A DNA stretch of 64,000 bases from Desulfatiglandales bacterium (lineage in GTDB: Bacteria; Desulfobacterota; DSM-4660; Desulfatiglandales; Desulfatiglandaceae): assembly GCA_963662465.1 (NCBI GenBank), contig OY759599.1, forward strand, positions 3,904,001 through 3,968,000. The letters run 5' to 3'. Below are positions 51,706 through 62,632 of this stretch, one piece after another (position 1 is the stretch's first letter; the number at the start of each line of letters is the position of its first letter). The translations under genes were made by a program, and so were the position numbers. Below the pieces are notes generated by a model that saw nothing but the letters and a program-made list of their open reading frames with translations, ran no database searches and was not told the origin of the DNA.

Positions 51706-52101
51706 ATGACCGACAAACCAGCAAAAGACTTCACCGACCTGGTGGAGGCCGTACGACGGGTGCACAGCGAGTGTGCTGCTGCGGTCAACCGCACGGTCAA
51801 CACCACGCTCACGATTCGCAACTGGCTCATCGGCGGGTATATCCGAGAGTTCGAACAAAATGGATCCGACCGGGCGCAATACGGGGCACGGCTGCTTCAA
51901 CGGCTTTCGGAATCTCTGCAAGCATGTTTGGACCGATGTTATACCGGACGCTACCTTGGGTTATGCCGCCAGCTTTTTGATGTATATCCGTCAATTCGGA
52001 AATCAGTGATTTCCAAATCGGGCATTGGCCTTCTTCCAGGAATTTTAGAAACACCTGTCGAACCATCTGAGACAACGCTTCCTCCAGAACAAACGCCGTG
52101 A
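51706..52101 (+). pseudogene. DUF1016 (YhcG-like) N-terminal fragment
   Basis: AVNRTVNTTLTIRNWLIGGYIREFEQNGSDRAQYG; lacks the C-terminal nuclease domain; AAGGAG RBS. Confidence 0.8.
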
Positions 52102-52240
52102 AATCACGGAAGGATGACATCGTTTCCCTGACCTGTCCCAATCTCCTTGCGATCCTATCCTGGGGGATGCCGAGGCGGTCCATTCGGTTCCGACATTTCT
52201 GATAACCTCAGTACGATCTGCCGGCCTTTTCCCGGTATTT

Positions 52241-52555
52241 CTACGTGTTTGGTCGATCCTGAAAGAGATGATCGTTCCGACTGTGCCTGTGGTTAAATCG
52301 TATTACGTAGCCGGTCAAAAGCCTTCGCATAACGGTTGCGATGGGAATATTGCCGGTCTTCAGCAAGAGATGAAAGTGGTTTTGTACCAGACTCCAAGCA
52401 TAACAGAGGGTATTGGATTCCTCAATAATATGCTCGACACGCGACAGAAAATCATCACAGTCCGCATTGTCGGTGAATATGTTGCGATGTTCAATTCCTC
52501 TCGCCATGACATGGTGTAGGGCACCCGGCGCGTCTATTCATGCTTTTCTCGGCAT
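52241..52555 (-). pseudogene. RAYT (Y1 transposase) pseudogene
   Basis: MPRKA*IDAPGALHHVMARGIE...YAWSLVQNHFHLL...HLFQDR; TGA at codon 6 and truncated before the catalytic Tyr region. Confidence 0.85.
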
Positions 52556-52665
52556 AGGCGGTCAATAACACATTGCGGCAGGCGTATAAATATAAATATG
52601 TAAAGGGCGTCCCCTTACTCCGGAAGCCGCAACCGACCGCAGCAGGGATAATTTTTAAACAGGCT

Positions 52666-52800
52666 CTTCAGGCTTGCGAGCAGGTTGGACCCAAGAATTG
52701 AACCTGTTCCAGTATCTTCAAATGCCTTTGTGAATGACACCTGGATACCGCTTATCTACGAAATTAGAAAAAACGGAATAGAAATCCCCCTGCAATATAG
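52666..52800 (+). pseudogene. C-terminal fragment of a minimal nucleotidyltransferase-like protein
   Basis: RLDPRIEPVPVS...DTWIPLIYEIRKNGIEI resembles MNT C-termini; no 5' half. Confidence 0.45.
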
Positions 52801-52876
52801 GTTTGAGAATCGTGATGTACCTGTTCCCGTTTCTGTTTGTTTAACCGGGGCAAGAGACTTTTTTAGAATTTCATGG

Positions 52877-53818
52877 TCATTCCACAGATATCTTGGTCCT
52901 TTGAGCTTTTGCCGACAGTTTCTCCTCCGCCCAATTCCGAATCTCATCCAAACTCTCAGCCTCAAGAAACCTCTCTCCCAATTCTTCAAGCTGCTCTGTT
53001 GTCAAGCCGGCAAAGATCGGATGAACAGAATCAGAGCTGACCTGAAAACGCTTCGCAATTAGACTGGACAGAAGCTTCATAGTTCCCTGCTGCATTCCCT
53101 GCTCAATGCCTTCATCTCGTCCCTCTTTTCTTAGTACACTTGCCAGTCCCATAATATCTCCTTTCTCGCTTAGATAGCGATCGCGATAGAGTATGACTTC
53201 CTCTTCGCTCAAATCGGCATAAAAGTCGATGAAGTCTGCATATTTTCGCTGCTTTTCCGGGCTCGTCTCAAGCCGGGCCAAGCCGGTTTGCGCCGCCAGA
53301 TACATCTCAAGACGATCCTCCGGAGGATAAGCCATATTGGGAAGATTCAACCGCGCAACAATGTTGTCGCTGTCATAATATCGAGCCGATGGCAAGCCTT
53401 TGAGTTTGCACATCAAATATCGAAATTCCAAATAGGCGCATGAATTGCCGCCCAATCGCAGATAGGTCCGATGGTCTCCCGTTCTCAAAAAGATCACAAC
53501 CGGAATCACACGGTCCGTTCCCATCAATTCCGCCAGATCCAAACAATAGCGGGCTAAACGGTATATTGAAAACTCGCTGGTTTTGGTCTCTTCTTCGAGC
53601 ACAAACAAAATGGCTTCTCTCCGGCCATCCGACCATTCCACCAAAAGCGGCGTATCCAGCTCACGGAAACGATCCCCCAACCGCTCCTTCAGTTGTTCTT
53701 GTCGCACGGGGATTATTCTGGCTTCAGATAAATCTGATCCCGCTTCTTCCCCGGCAAAAAACTCCAGTGCCTGGACCGGATAATCTAGAATCAGGTTTTT
53801 GAAATTTTGATCATGCAT
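52877..53818 (-). CDS. Rpn/PD-(D/E)xK-like protein with DUF4351-like C-terminus
   Basis: HDQNFKNLI, ELDTPLLV, LEEET, EGRDEGIEQGMQQG, EQLEELGE. Confidence 0.8.
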   Translation of the reverse strand: MHDQNFKNLILDYPVQALEFFAGEEAGSDLSEARIIPVRQEQLKERLGDRFRELDTPLLVEWSDGRREAILFVLEEETKTSEFSIYRLARYCLDLAELMGTDRVIPVVIFLRTGDHRTYLRLGGNSCAYLEFRYLMCKLKGLPSARYYDSDNIVARLNLPNMAYPPEDRLEMYLAAQTGLARLETSPEKQRKYADFIDFYADLSEEEVILYRDRYLSEKGDIMGLASVLRKEGRDEGIEQGMQQGTMKLLSSLIAKRFQVSSDSVHPIFAGLTTEQLEELGERFLEAESLDEIRNWAEEKLSAKAQRTKISVE

Positions 53819-54249
53819 TACCTTACCTCTCCAAAGCCAGGCAAGCAACCGGAACCTGATAATCGCCTACCGCGAAATCTACGCTTCCTTACTCCGACCC
53901 CTGTCCTTTGTCCCTTCCAACGCTACGCCTTTTTGCACGAGACATTTTTGTAATTTTATAGGTCCCCCTATATCGCACTTCGCGTATTGCTGTTGAATAT
54001 TTCTTTTCGGAACTTCAGCTTGATAGAGTCTAATTGCAAACCAGCCCATTGTCAAATTAACTATCCGATTGAGCCCCTGAATGCTTTCGGTAATGGCAAA
54101 CAAGTGCTTTGCCCTCACGACGGCTGATAATCTGTAAATCTTCCAACGGCCTTGAAAGGTAACGTTTAGGAAGAATATTGATAAGAAGAAAAGACCCGGC
54201 AATGCTTCCGAAATTTTCTCAAATAGTGCCATCCGCTTTCATTTGTTTC

Positions 54250-54504
54250 AACGCTTCAGTGATGTCCTCGATGGCCAGGAGGATGATCCGTTCCTCGCCC
54301 ACCCCCCGTTCAATCTACCGGGCATTTAACAGCATTATGCGCCTGCCGATTAACAGCCCACATGCCTTCAATGATGTGGCCGCGCCGAATGTCTCGAACC
54401 GTTGGCGGAGACACGATTCTCCGAGAAGCTTCCGTCAGACTGGTGGGTTACCTGTTGATGTCTCGGGCTTTTCTGGTATGGCGCAATACCCTGACTTTTC
54501 TCAT
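54250..54504 (-). pseudogene. Deletion-fused remnant: paralogue of the N-terminus of 54703-55872 joined to a PAS C-terminal segment
   Basis: MRKVRVLRHTRKARDINR*PT...RRGHIIEGM then, in another frame, RIMLLNAR*IE...ILLAIEDITE. Confidence 0.75.
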
Positions 54505-54812
54505 GGTTGACCCCCTCCTTGGTTAGGCAATGCGTGGATCAATTCAATGATTTTGGCGCCAATCCGTGCCATGGGCAACACATAATCCACCGCGTCCGCC
54601 ACGATGGCCGCCTGAGGCATGCCGAAATATTTGGCGGTTTCTTTATCCTGGGCGATGGTGACGCCCCCTTTTGATTTGATGGTGATGCAGCCTTTGGCCC
54701 CGTCACGACCGGTACCGGACAAGATGACGCCGATGACCCGGGAGCCGAAAACTTCGGCTGCCGAAGAAAACAACACATCCGCCGAAGGGCGAACGTAATT
54801 TACTTTTGGCAT
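54501..54812 (-). pseudogene. CheB-type methylesterase C-terminal half
   Basis: RPSADVLFSS, GVILSGTGRDGAKG, TIAQD, GMPQAAI; catalytic Ser and His segments absent. Confidence 0.85.
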
Positions 54813-55872
54813 TGTAGGAAACCGGGATAACCCGTCCATCTGAATGGCGTATCGCCAGAGGGTATTCCCGCACCGACCCCTCCTCAAAGGCCTTGGCATA
54901 GCCGATCCGGGCCTTTTCCGGATCGACGAAGTATTCCGAGAAATCCGTGCCGAGCAAATCCTCACGCGAGCGTCCGGTGATCTTTTCGGTTTCCCGGTTG
55001 AGATCCGTTATTTTACCGTCGATGCTGATGGTAATCAAGGGATCCAGACTTACCTCAATGAGGCTGCGATTATAGCCGGCGGACAGACGGAGTTCCTCCT
55101 GCACCTTGGCGATTTCCGTCATGTCTCTGGCGGTCCCCACCACCCCCACAATCCGGCGCCCACTGACACACAGGGGTGTGGCATTGAAATCCAGGGGAAC
55201 CTCCCGGCCCTCTTTTGTAACCAGCATCAGTGCGTAATCTTTGACCATCTCGCCTTTCAGGACCTTTTCGACACCAACCCGAACCTTTTCCGGATCCGTG
55301 AAAAATTGGGCTAAGGCTTTTCCCACAAGCATCTCCTGGGAAAAACCGCTGATCCTTTCCGCGGCCTTGTTCACCTCGGTGACCACCCCTTTGCGGTCCG
55401 TGGTCAAAAGAATGTCCACCATGGAGTCCGTTAAAATCCGGCGATAGGCGCCGGCACGTTCCAGTTCTTCGCTGGTGGCATGGAGTTCCTCGTTGGTGGC
55501 ATCCATCTCCTCATTGGTAGCCTGGAGTTCCTCATTGGCGGCATCCATTTCTTCGTTGGTGGCCTGCAACTCCTCCCCGCGCTTTTGCACTTCTTTCACC
55601 ATCCTTTGACTGTCTTCCAGCGCATCGTAGAAACGATTGTTGTTCCCGAAGACCTGCAGCGCACCCACCCGCTGCATCTCCGCTACCTCTTTTTCCCACG
55701 CTTCCCACTCAATATGATTCATGTCCCTCATCCCGACGATAAGGTGGCCCCGCCGGATATTCCGGGTGGAACGGGGCGGCACTATTTTTTTAGAGACATC
55801 GGAATGGGTGGTGGGACGTTTTTTGATGTTCCGGGCCTGATTTGAATGACGTAACACTTTAATCTTTCTCAT
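54703..55872 (-). pseudogene. Truncated PAS-PAS signalling protein with EELQATNEE coiled coil
   Basis: Second PAS breaks at VSYNA (about 54808) and runs out of frame into cheB sequence. Confidence 0.75.
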
Positions 55873-55918
55873 GATGCCCCTTTTACATTAAAGATTGAAA
55901 TTTGAATGCAGGCATATC

Positions 55919-57984
55919 TCACTGCTGCAATTTCGTGCAAAAACCGCGGTTTGTCGCGTTAGATTCATCCAACACCCTCCTCACCATCTCCGCCAGAACC
56001 CTCATGCTCAGCGGTTTCATTACAAAGGCCTTGATTCCCATCTCTTTGGCCTTTTCCTCCGACATCCGTTTACTGAGCCCAGTGCAAATGACAACAGGGA
56101 TGTCGGGACGGATTTTCATCAGTTCCCGGGCCAGAATGTCTCCCGGCATATTGGGCATGTTGGTGTCGGTCATCACCAGATCGAACTGGTTTGGCCGGTC
56201 TTTGAACAAAGCCAGGGCCTCGGTTCCGCTTGTGGCAGCGGTCACATGGTAACCCAACGCCTTTAACAGTTTCTTGCCCATCCTGGCCAGGGCCGCTTCA
56301 TCGTCAACAAAAAGAATACGTTCATCGCCTTTGGAAAGCGGCGTCTCTTCTTTAACCTCCGGCGGCGCTTCCGCTCCCTGTGCCAACGGGAGATACACAT
56401 GAAAGGTCGAACCTTTTCCCGCTTCACTTTCAACCGTGATAGCGCCGCCATACTGCGTGACAATCCCATGGACCACGGACAGGCCGATGCCCGTTCCCTC
56501 ACCCTTCTTCTTGGTGGTAAAATAGGGATCGAAGATCTTCTCCCTTATCTCCGGAGCCATACCGTACCCGGTGTCGGCGACGGTCAATTCCAGGTAACGG
56601 CCAGGCCGAAGGCTTGGTTCAACGTTTTCACATTCCGCAATCCGCAATCCGCAATCCACATTCCCAAGGCTCACCGCCAGAATGCCCCCGTTTTGCTCCA
56701 TGGCGTGGCCCGCGTTGGTGCATAGATTCATCAGCACCTGGTGCATTTGCGTGGGGTCCCCATCAATGACGCCGATATCCTTGTCGTAGGTCTCTCGAAT
56801 CTCAATGGTGGAAGGGAGAGTGGACCTTAGAAACTTGAGCGCTTCCTTGACGATAAATTTGAACTGCATCGGGCGCCTTTCCTGCTCCTGACCACGGCCG
56901 ACGGCAAGAATCTGTTGTATCAGGAGCTTGGCCCGATTGCCCGATTGAAGCACCTCTTTCACGTCCGCATAAGCCTCACTCTCCGGGTCCAGTTCCATCT
57001 GAGCCAATTGCCCATATCCAATAATGGCTGTTAGAATATTGTTGAAGTCATGGGCAATGCCTCCGGCCAGAGTACTGATGGCCTCCATTTTCTGGGCCCT
57101 TCGAAGCTGACGCTTCTTTTCCCGAAGCGCCGTTTCCGCCTGATGCCGTTCAACCACTCTACCCAATCGTTTGGCAATGGTTTCTATCAACACCCCTTCC
57201 TGGCGTAAGAACGGACCTTCATCGGCTTTTGGCATCAATTCCAGATAATAGACCTCCACCCTTCCGACAGGTTTTCCATGGGCAAGCATTTCTCTCGCCT
57301 GCCGCCACACGGTTTCCGTAAAATTTTCCGTCCTGTACGCTTTGCCTTCATAGAAAATGCGCGCACAGGCGATTTCCGGATACTGCCACCCGGATGGGAT
57401 CAGATCAACGAGGCTTTCCAAGAGATCATCCAGAGAATCTCCTTGTTTCATGAGTATTTCCGAAATGTCATGAAGACAGGCGAACTCCTTGACCCGCTCA
57501 TTCAGATCATGGGTTCTTTTTTGCAGCGCCTCCGCCATCTGCTTGCGCTCGGTGATATCACTTACCGCCGTCCTGATCTCCTTTAAATCAGCCTTGCCTG
57601 TGATGATGGTGCATTCTAAACGGGCATAAAACGCATGACCGTCTTCTTTTAAAAGCCGCAACTCACAGGACCGGGGTGCATTTGTTTCCAGAAGTTGCCG
57701 GCGGTGGTTGTAAAAAGTATCCTGGTCGTCCTTCAGAACAAAACGGGTAAAAGGTTGTCCGATCAAAGGGCCCCGCGCTACGCCCAACATGGAAGCGAAA
57801 GTGAGATTGGCCTCATCGATAAACCCCTTTTGATTCACGGACAAATAGCCGATCGGGGCGAAATCATATAGCTCGGCATACCTCTCCCGCATATTTTCAA
57901 GTTCATCTTTTACGCGGCGAAGTTCTTCGTTCCGCATTTCCAACTCAATCTGACAGCCCTGACAGAAGGGCGCTTTATCAATCA
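55919..57984 (-). CDS. Hybrid histidine kinase (PAS, GAF-like, HK, receiver), copy A; N-terminus probably truncated
   Basis: LAGGIAHDFNNIL, FDPYFTTK, ILFVDDE; start uncertain. Confidence 0.85.
56627..56661. repeat. In-frame heptamer tract (TCCGCAA x3 plus flanking variants) inside the HATPase domain; also at 61279-61313
   Basis: Encodes NVDCGLRIAEC in both kinase copies. Confidence 0.8.
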
Positions 57985-58162
57985 TCTGCCAACTTCTCCC
58001 CCGCTGAACCGCGGTTATTTTAATATTTACGCTCGCACAAAACGCCACTATCTTTGGCTATAATTTCTCCGGCCATTTTCTCGCACCGTGCAGAACCCTG
58101 AGGATTTGCACCTCATTGGCGACTACACGGTAGGGCACGATATAACTGGGGCTTTTTCTCCA

Positions 58163-60544
58163 CTATTTTACCGGGGCAACAATCGTCGTTCGTTCTTCCA
58201 ACACCTCCTTCAACTTCTCAGCCAATGTCGAGATCAAGAACGGTTTCTGAATAAAGGCTTGGGCGCCGGCGTCCAGTATCTCCCGGGCAGGGCCGTCTAT
58301 GCTGTAGCCGCTGCACACGATCACCTTCAGCTTCGGCCTGGCTTCCATAATAAGGGGATAAATCTGGTTGCCACTCATATCAGGCAGCTTTATGTCAAGG
58401 AGCGCAAGGTCAATTTTACCATCAAATGTTTTGGCGATATTAACGGCCTTCTCTCCGGTCCCCGCCTCAAGTACACGATAACCCAGCGTCTCCAGTATCT
58501 TTCTGAACAATATCGCCAGCGGCGCTTCGTCTTCAATCACCAGGACGAACCCCTCATCCGTGGGCAAACCAACCGCGGGCGCGGAAACGACCCTTTCCAC
58601 CACCTCCCCTTCAACCCCTTCCACGGTCTCCAAAGCAGGCAGGTACAGGGTGACCGTCGTCCCTTTGCCCGGTTCTGATGCCACGGTGATGGTGCCGTCA
58701 TGGTTTTTTATAATACCGTAAGCCGCGGGCATCCCAAGCCCGCGGCCGATAAAGTGGGTGGTGAAAAAAGGGTCAAAGATACGGTCTTTTGTCTCCTTAT
58801 CCATGCCCTTTCCATCATCTTCAATGGAAAGGTAAACATACGAACCGGGCCTGAGACCCGGATGATCCTTTATGAAACCCCGGTCAACCACCATGTTTCC
58901 GGTGGAAATCCGGATGCGGCCAGGGGTCTCCATGGCCTCATTGGCGTTGGCCATTAGGGCGGAAAGGACCATCTGCATCTGGGTGCGATCCACCTTCACA
59001 TTCAGGAGATCCGGCGAAAGATCGGTCTCCACACGGACGGCGGGATCAAGATCACGTGAGATTACGGGTAGGGTGTTTGCAACGAATTCGCTCAAGGAGA
59101 TGGGCCGGGGACTATATTTACCCCCTCCTGCATAGGCTAACAACTGGCTGGTGAGATGGGCCATGCGATGGGCTGCCTCTTTCATGGTTTCAGCAGAACC
59201 CAATACTTTCTCATCTTGCGGATAATCCATCTCAAGCAATTCGGCATGGCCGGTGATGACGCTCAGGGCGTTGTTGAACTGGTGGGCAATGCCGCCGGCA
59301 AGCACGCCAAGAGATTCAAGCTTTCTTATTTTCAGGAGTTCTTCTTCCATTTGCCTTCGCTCGGTGATGTCCTGACCTATGGCAACAAGGCCAATTGTTT
59401 TGCCATCCGCATCCTTCAAGGTCTTGTCATACCATTCCACAACGATTTCACGTCCATCTTTTGACACAACCGGGTTAATGTTGCCCTGGGTCTTAATATC
59501 ATCCACGGCTGTCCGGAAAAGCCCCCTGATGTGGTTGCCGTTCACCTCCGGCAAAAACGTGGAAAACCAGTCTTTTCCCTTAACTTCATCAAGCGTATAC
59601 CCACACAACTCTTCCATATAAGGGTTGAAGCGGATGATCCGACCTTCGGTGTCCAATACCAAGATGATGGCCTGTGCCGTATCGATCAGGCTTTCAGAAA
59701 AATCTTTCTCTTTGCGCAGCGCCTCCTCACCCTGCTTCAGATTTCTAAACAGAAGGCTGTAAGGTTTTATCAGACCTGTTTCGATAATGGCTTTATAGAT
59801 GAGGTAGAAGGAAATGATCTTAAGGTAATGACCCACCATATTGGAAAAATCATAGGCATGAATATAAAAAGTAAAAACCAATTCTTCAGCGATGGTGATC
59901 GCCATGGCTGCTACCAGCAATTGGAACACGCTCCCATCGAATTCTTTCCGTTTTTGAAACAAGAAAGTAATGGCGCCGATTAGAATCATTGAGATGACAT
60001 ACTCGCTGATCTTTTTAAACGGGGTCAACCCCGCCCCCTCAACAAAGCATGTGGGGAAAACGTGCCAATAAAACACGGATCCCAATACAAGGAAGGTGGC
60101 CAGGACATACGCCATAAAAACAAGGTCCGCTCTTAACCTTCGACTTAAGAACACCGGCGCGATGAGAAGAGAGAGGCTTTCCATATATCGAGCGGCAATC
60201 CATAGTTGGGTCGGCAGATTGGTTCCATAACCCTGAAAGACATTCATACCTTTGTAAGCCAGCGTGTGGACAAGGTCCAATCCTCCAATGAACAGATAGG
60301 CAATGCCGACAAAGAGGAAATAATTGTTATCCAGGATGCGACGGGAATTCCAGGCAACAATAAAAATGCCACAGGCCACCACAATACTGAAAAGTTCGGC
60401 GAGGGTATGAAAGAGCAGGTAGTTGTAAAAAGTGGAAAGGTACAGTCCAAATAAAATCAGGATTCCGGCTGTGAACGTCACTGATTTCTTCGCAAAAAAA
60501 GATTCTTCCGGTTCCCCTTGTCCGCTTTCATTCAACCGTTTCAT
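58163..60544 (-). CDS. MASE3-type membrane sensor hybrid histidine kinase (MASE3, PAS, HK, receiver)
   Basis: YLLFHTLAELFSI, DLVHTLAYKGM, TQLWIAARY, GLTPFK; GIAHQFNN; LLDIKLP. Confidence 0.9.
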   Translation of the reverse strand: MKRLNESGQGEPEESFFAKKSVTFTAGILILFGLYLSTFYNYLLFHTLAELFSIVVACGIFIVAWNSRRILDNNYFLFVGIAYLFIGGLDLVHTLAYKGMNVFQGYGTNLPTQLWIAARYMESLSLLIAPVFLSRRLRADLVFMAYVLATFLVLGSVFYWHVFPTCFVEGAGLTPFKKISEYVISMILIGAITFLFQKRKEFDGSVFQLLVAAMAITIAEELVFTFYIHAYDFSNMVGHYLKIISFYLIYKAIIETGLIKPYSLLFRNLKQGEEALRKEKDFSESLIDTAQAIILVLDTEGRIIRFNPYMEELCGYTLDEVKGKDWFSTFLPEVNGNHIRGLFRTAVDDIKTQGNINPVVSKDGREIVVEWYDKTLKDADGKTIGLVAIGQDITERRQMEEELLKIRKLESLGVLAGGIAHQFNNALSVITGHAELLEMDYPQDEKVLGSAETMKEAAHRMAHLTSQLLAYAGGGKYSPRPISLSEFVANTLPVISRDLDPAVRVETDLSPDLLNVKVDRTQMQMVLSALMANANEAMETPGRIRISTGNMVVDRGFIKDHPGLRPGSYVYLSIEDDGKGMDKETKDRIFDPFFTTHFIGRGLGMPAAYGIIKNHDGTITVASEPGKGTTVTLYLPALETVEGVEGEVVERVVSAPAVGLPTDEGFVLVIEDEAPLAILFRKILETLGYRVLEAGTGEKAVNIAKTFDGKIDLALLDIKLPDMSGNQIYPLIMEARPKLKVIVCSGYSIDGPAREILDAGAQAFIQKPFLISTLAEKLKEVLEERTTIVAPVK

Positions 60545-60588
60545 TCTCTAACCCCTTGACCTGGTAGCAAAAAATGATATCGTCATAT

Positions 60589-62616
60589 TTACGAACCGCA
60601 GCTTGCCGCTTTAGATTCATCCAACACCCTCCTCACCGTCTCCGCCAGAACCTTCATACTCAGCGGTTTCATTACAAAGGCCTTGATTCCCATCTCTTTG
60701 GCCTTTTCCTCCGACATCCGTTTGCTGAGCCCGGTGTTGATGATAACTGGGATGTCGGGACGGATTTTCATCAGTTCACGGACCAGGATGTCTCCCGGCA
60801 TATTGGGCATATTGGTATCGGTCATCACCAGATCGAACCGGTCCGGTCGGTCTTTGAACAAAGCCAGGGCCTCGGTTCCGCTTGTGGCGGCGGTCACATG
60901 GTAACCCATCGCCGTTAACAGTTTCTTACCCATCCTGGCCAGGGCCGCTTCATCGTCAACAAAGAGTATCCGTTCATCGCCTTTGGGAAACAGCGTCTCT
61001 TCTTTGACCGCCGGCGGCGCTTCCGCTCCCTGTGCCAGCGGGAGATACACATGAAAGGTCGAACCCTTTCCCGGTTCACTTTCAACGGTGATAGCGCCGC
61101 CATGTTGTGTGACAATCCCATGGACCACGGACAGGCCGATGCCCGTTCCCTCACCCTTCTCCTTGGTGGTAAAATAGGGATCGAAGATCTTCTCCATGAT
61201 CTCCGGGGCCATTCCGTATCCGGTGTCCTTGACGGTCAATTCCAGGTAACGGCCGGACCGAAGGCTTGATTCAACGGTTTCACATTCCGCAATCCGCAAT
61301 CCGCAATCCACATTCCCAAGACTCACCGCCAGAATGCCCCCGTTTTGCTCCATGGCGTGGCCGGCGTTGGTACACAGATTCATCAGCACCTGGTGCATTT
61401 GCGTGGGGTCCGCATCGATGACGCCGATATCGTTGTCGTAGGTCTCTCGAATCTCAATGGTGGAAGGAAGGGTGGATCGCAAAAATTTGAGCGCTTCCTT
61501 GACGATAAATTTGAACTGCATCGGGTGTTTTTTCTGCTCCTGACCACGGCCGACGGCAAGAATCTGTTGAATCAGGAGCTTGGCCCGATTACCAGATTGA
61601 AGCACCTCTTTCACATCCGCATAAGCCTCACTCTCCGGGTCCAGTTCCATCTGGGCCAATTGCCCATATCCGATAATGGACGTCAAAATATTGTTAAAGT
61701 CATGGGCGATGCCTGCGGCCAGCGTACTGATAGCTTCCATCTTCTGGGCCCTTCGGAGTTGACGCTCCTTTTCTCGGAGTGTCGTTTCAGCCTGATGCCA
61801 TTCAATCACGCGACCCAATCGTTTGGCAATGGTATCGATCAAGAGCCCTTCCCCATGCAAAAAAGGACCTTCATCGGCTTTCGGCATCACTTCCAGATAA
61901 TAGACCTCCACCCGACCGGCAGGTTTGCCATGAACAACGATTTCTCTCGCCTGCCGCCACTCGGTTTCCGCAAAGTTCCGTGTCATGTACGCTTTGTCGG
62001 GCAGGAGGATTCGCACACAGGCGATTTCCGGATACTGCCACCCGGATGGGATCAGATCAACAAGGCTTTCCAGAAGATCATCCAGGGAAACGCTCTGTTT
62101 CATAAGAATTTCCGAAATGTCATGAAGGCAGGCAAGCTCCTTGACCCGCTCATTCAGATCATGGGTTCTTTTTTGCAGTGCCTCCTCCATCTGCCTGCGC
62201 TCGGTGATATCGCTTACCGCCGTCCTGATCTGCTTTAGATTGTCCGTCTTTTTTGTGGTGACGGTGCATTCTAAACGGGCATAAAACACATGACCATCTT
62301 TTTTCACGAGCCGCAGCTCACAGGACTGGGGTGCATCTGTTTCCAGAAGTTGCCGTCGGTGTTTGTAGAAAACGTCCTGGTCGTCCTTCAAAACAAACCG
62401 GGTAAAAGGCTGTCCCATCAAAGCGCCCCGCGCTACGCCCAACATGGAAGCGATGGTGAGATTGGCCTCATCGATAAACCCCTTTTGATTCACCGACAAA
62501 TAGCCGATCGGGGCGAAGTCATATAACTCGGCATACCTGTCCCGCATATTTTCAAGTTCCTTCTCCGCCCGCTGCCTGAATTCGGAATCACCAGGCATGT
62601 CTTTTATCGTTTCCAT
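60589..62616 (-). CDS. Hybrid histidine kinase (PAS, GAF-like, HK, receiver), copy B
   Basis: Near-identical to 55919-57905; GAGGA RBS. Confidence 0.9.
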   Translation of the reverse strand: METIKDMPGDSEFRQRAEKELENMRDRYAELYDFAPIGYLSVNQKGFIDEANLTIASMLGVARGALMGQPFTRFVLKDDQDVFYKHRRQLLETDAPQSCELRLVKKDGHVFYARLECTVTTKKTDNLKQIRTAVSDITERRQMEEALQKRTHDLNERVKELACLHDISEILMKQSVSLDDLLESLVDLIPSGWQYPEIACVRILLPDKAYMTRNFAETEWRQAREIVVHGKPAGRVEVYYLEVMPKADEGPFLHGEGLLIDTIAKRLGRVIEWHQAETTLREKERQLRRAQKMEAISTLAAGIAHDFNNILTSIIGYGQLAQMELDPESEAYADVKEVLQSGNRAKLLIQQILAVGRGQEQKKHPMQFKFIVKEALKFLRSTLPSTIEIRETYDNDIGVIDADPTQMHQVLMNLCTNAGHAMEQNGGILAVSLGNVDCGLRIAECETVESSLRSGRYLELTVKDTGYGMAPEIMEKIFDPYFTTKEKGEGTGIGLSVVHGIVTQHGGAITVESEPGKGSTFHVYLPLAQGAEAPPAVKEETLFPKGDERILFVDDEAALARMGKKLLTAMGYHVTAATSGTEALALFKDRPDRFDLVMTDTNMPNMPGDILVRELMKIRPDIPVIINTGLSKRMSEEKAKEMGIKAFVMKPLSMKVLAETVRRVLDESKAASCGS

Positions 62617-62632
62617 CGTTTCCTCATTTATT

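Noticed and set aside
52538..52540. Sec or readthrough TGA in the RAYT gene
   Set aside because: Position corresponds to Arg (CGA to TGA) and the gene is also truncated
52643..52668. Lone IS5-like terminal repeat (AGAGCCTGTTTAAAAATT on the minus strand)
   Set aside because: No partner end or transposase found; too short to support
51147..58429. DGR template/variable repeat pair
   Set aside because: Differences are not adenine-specific and no reverse transcriptase is present; ordinary paralogue remnant
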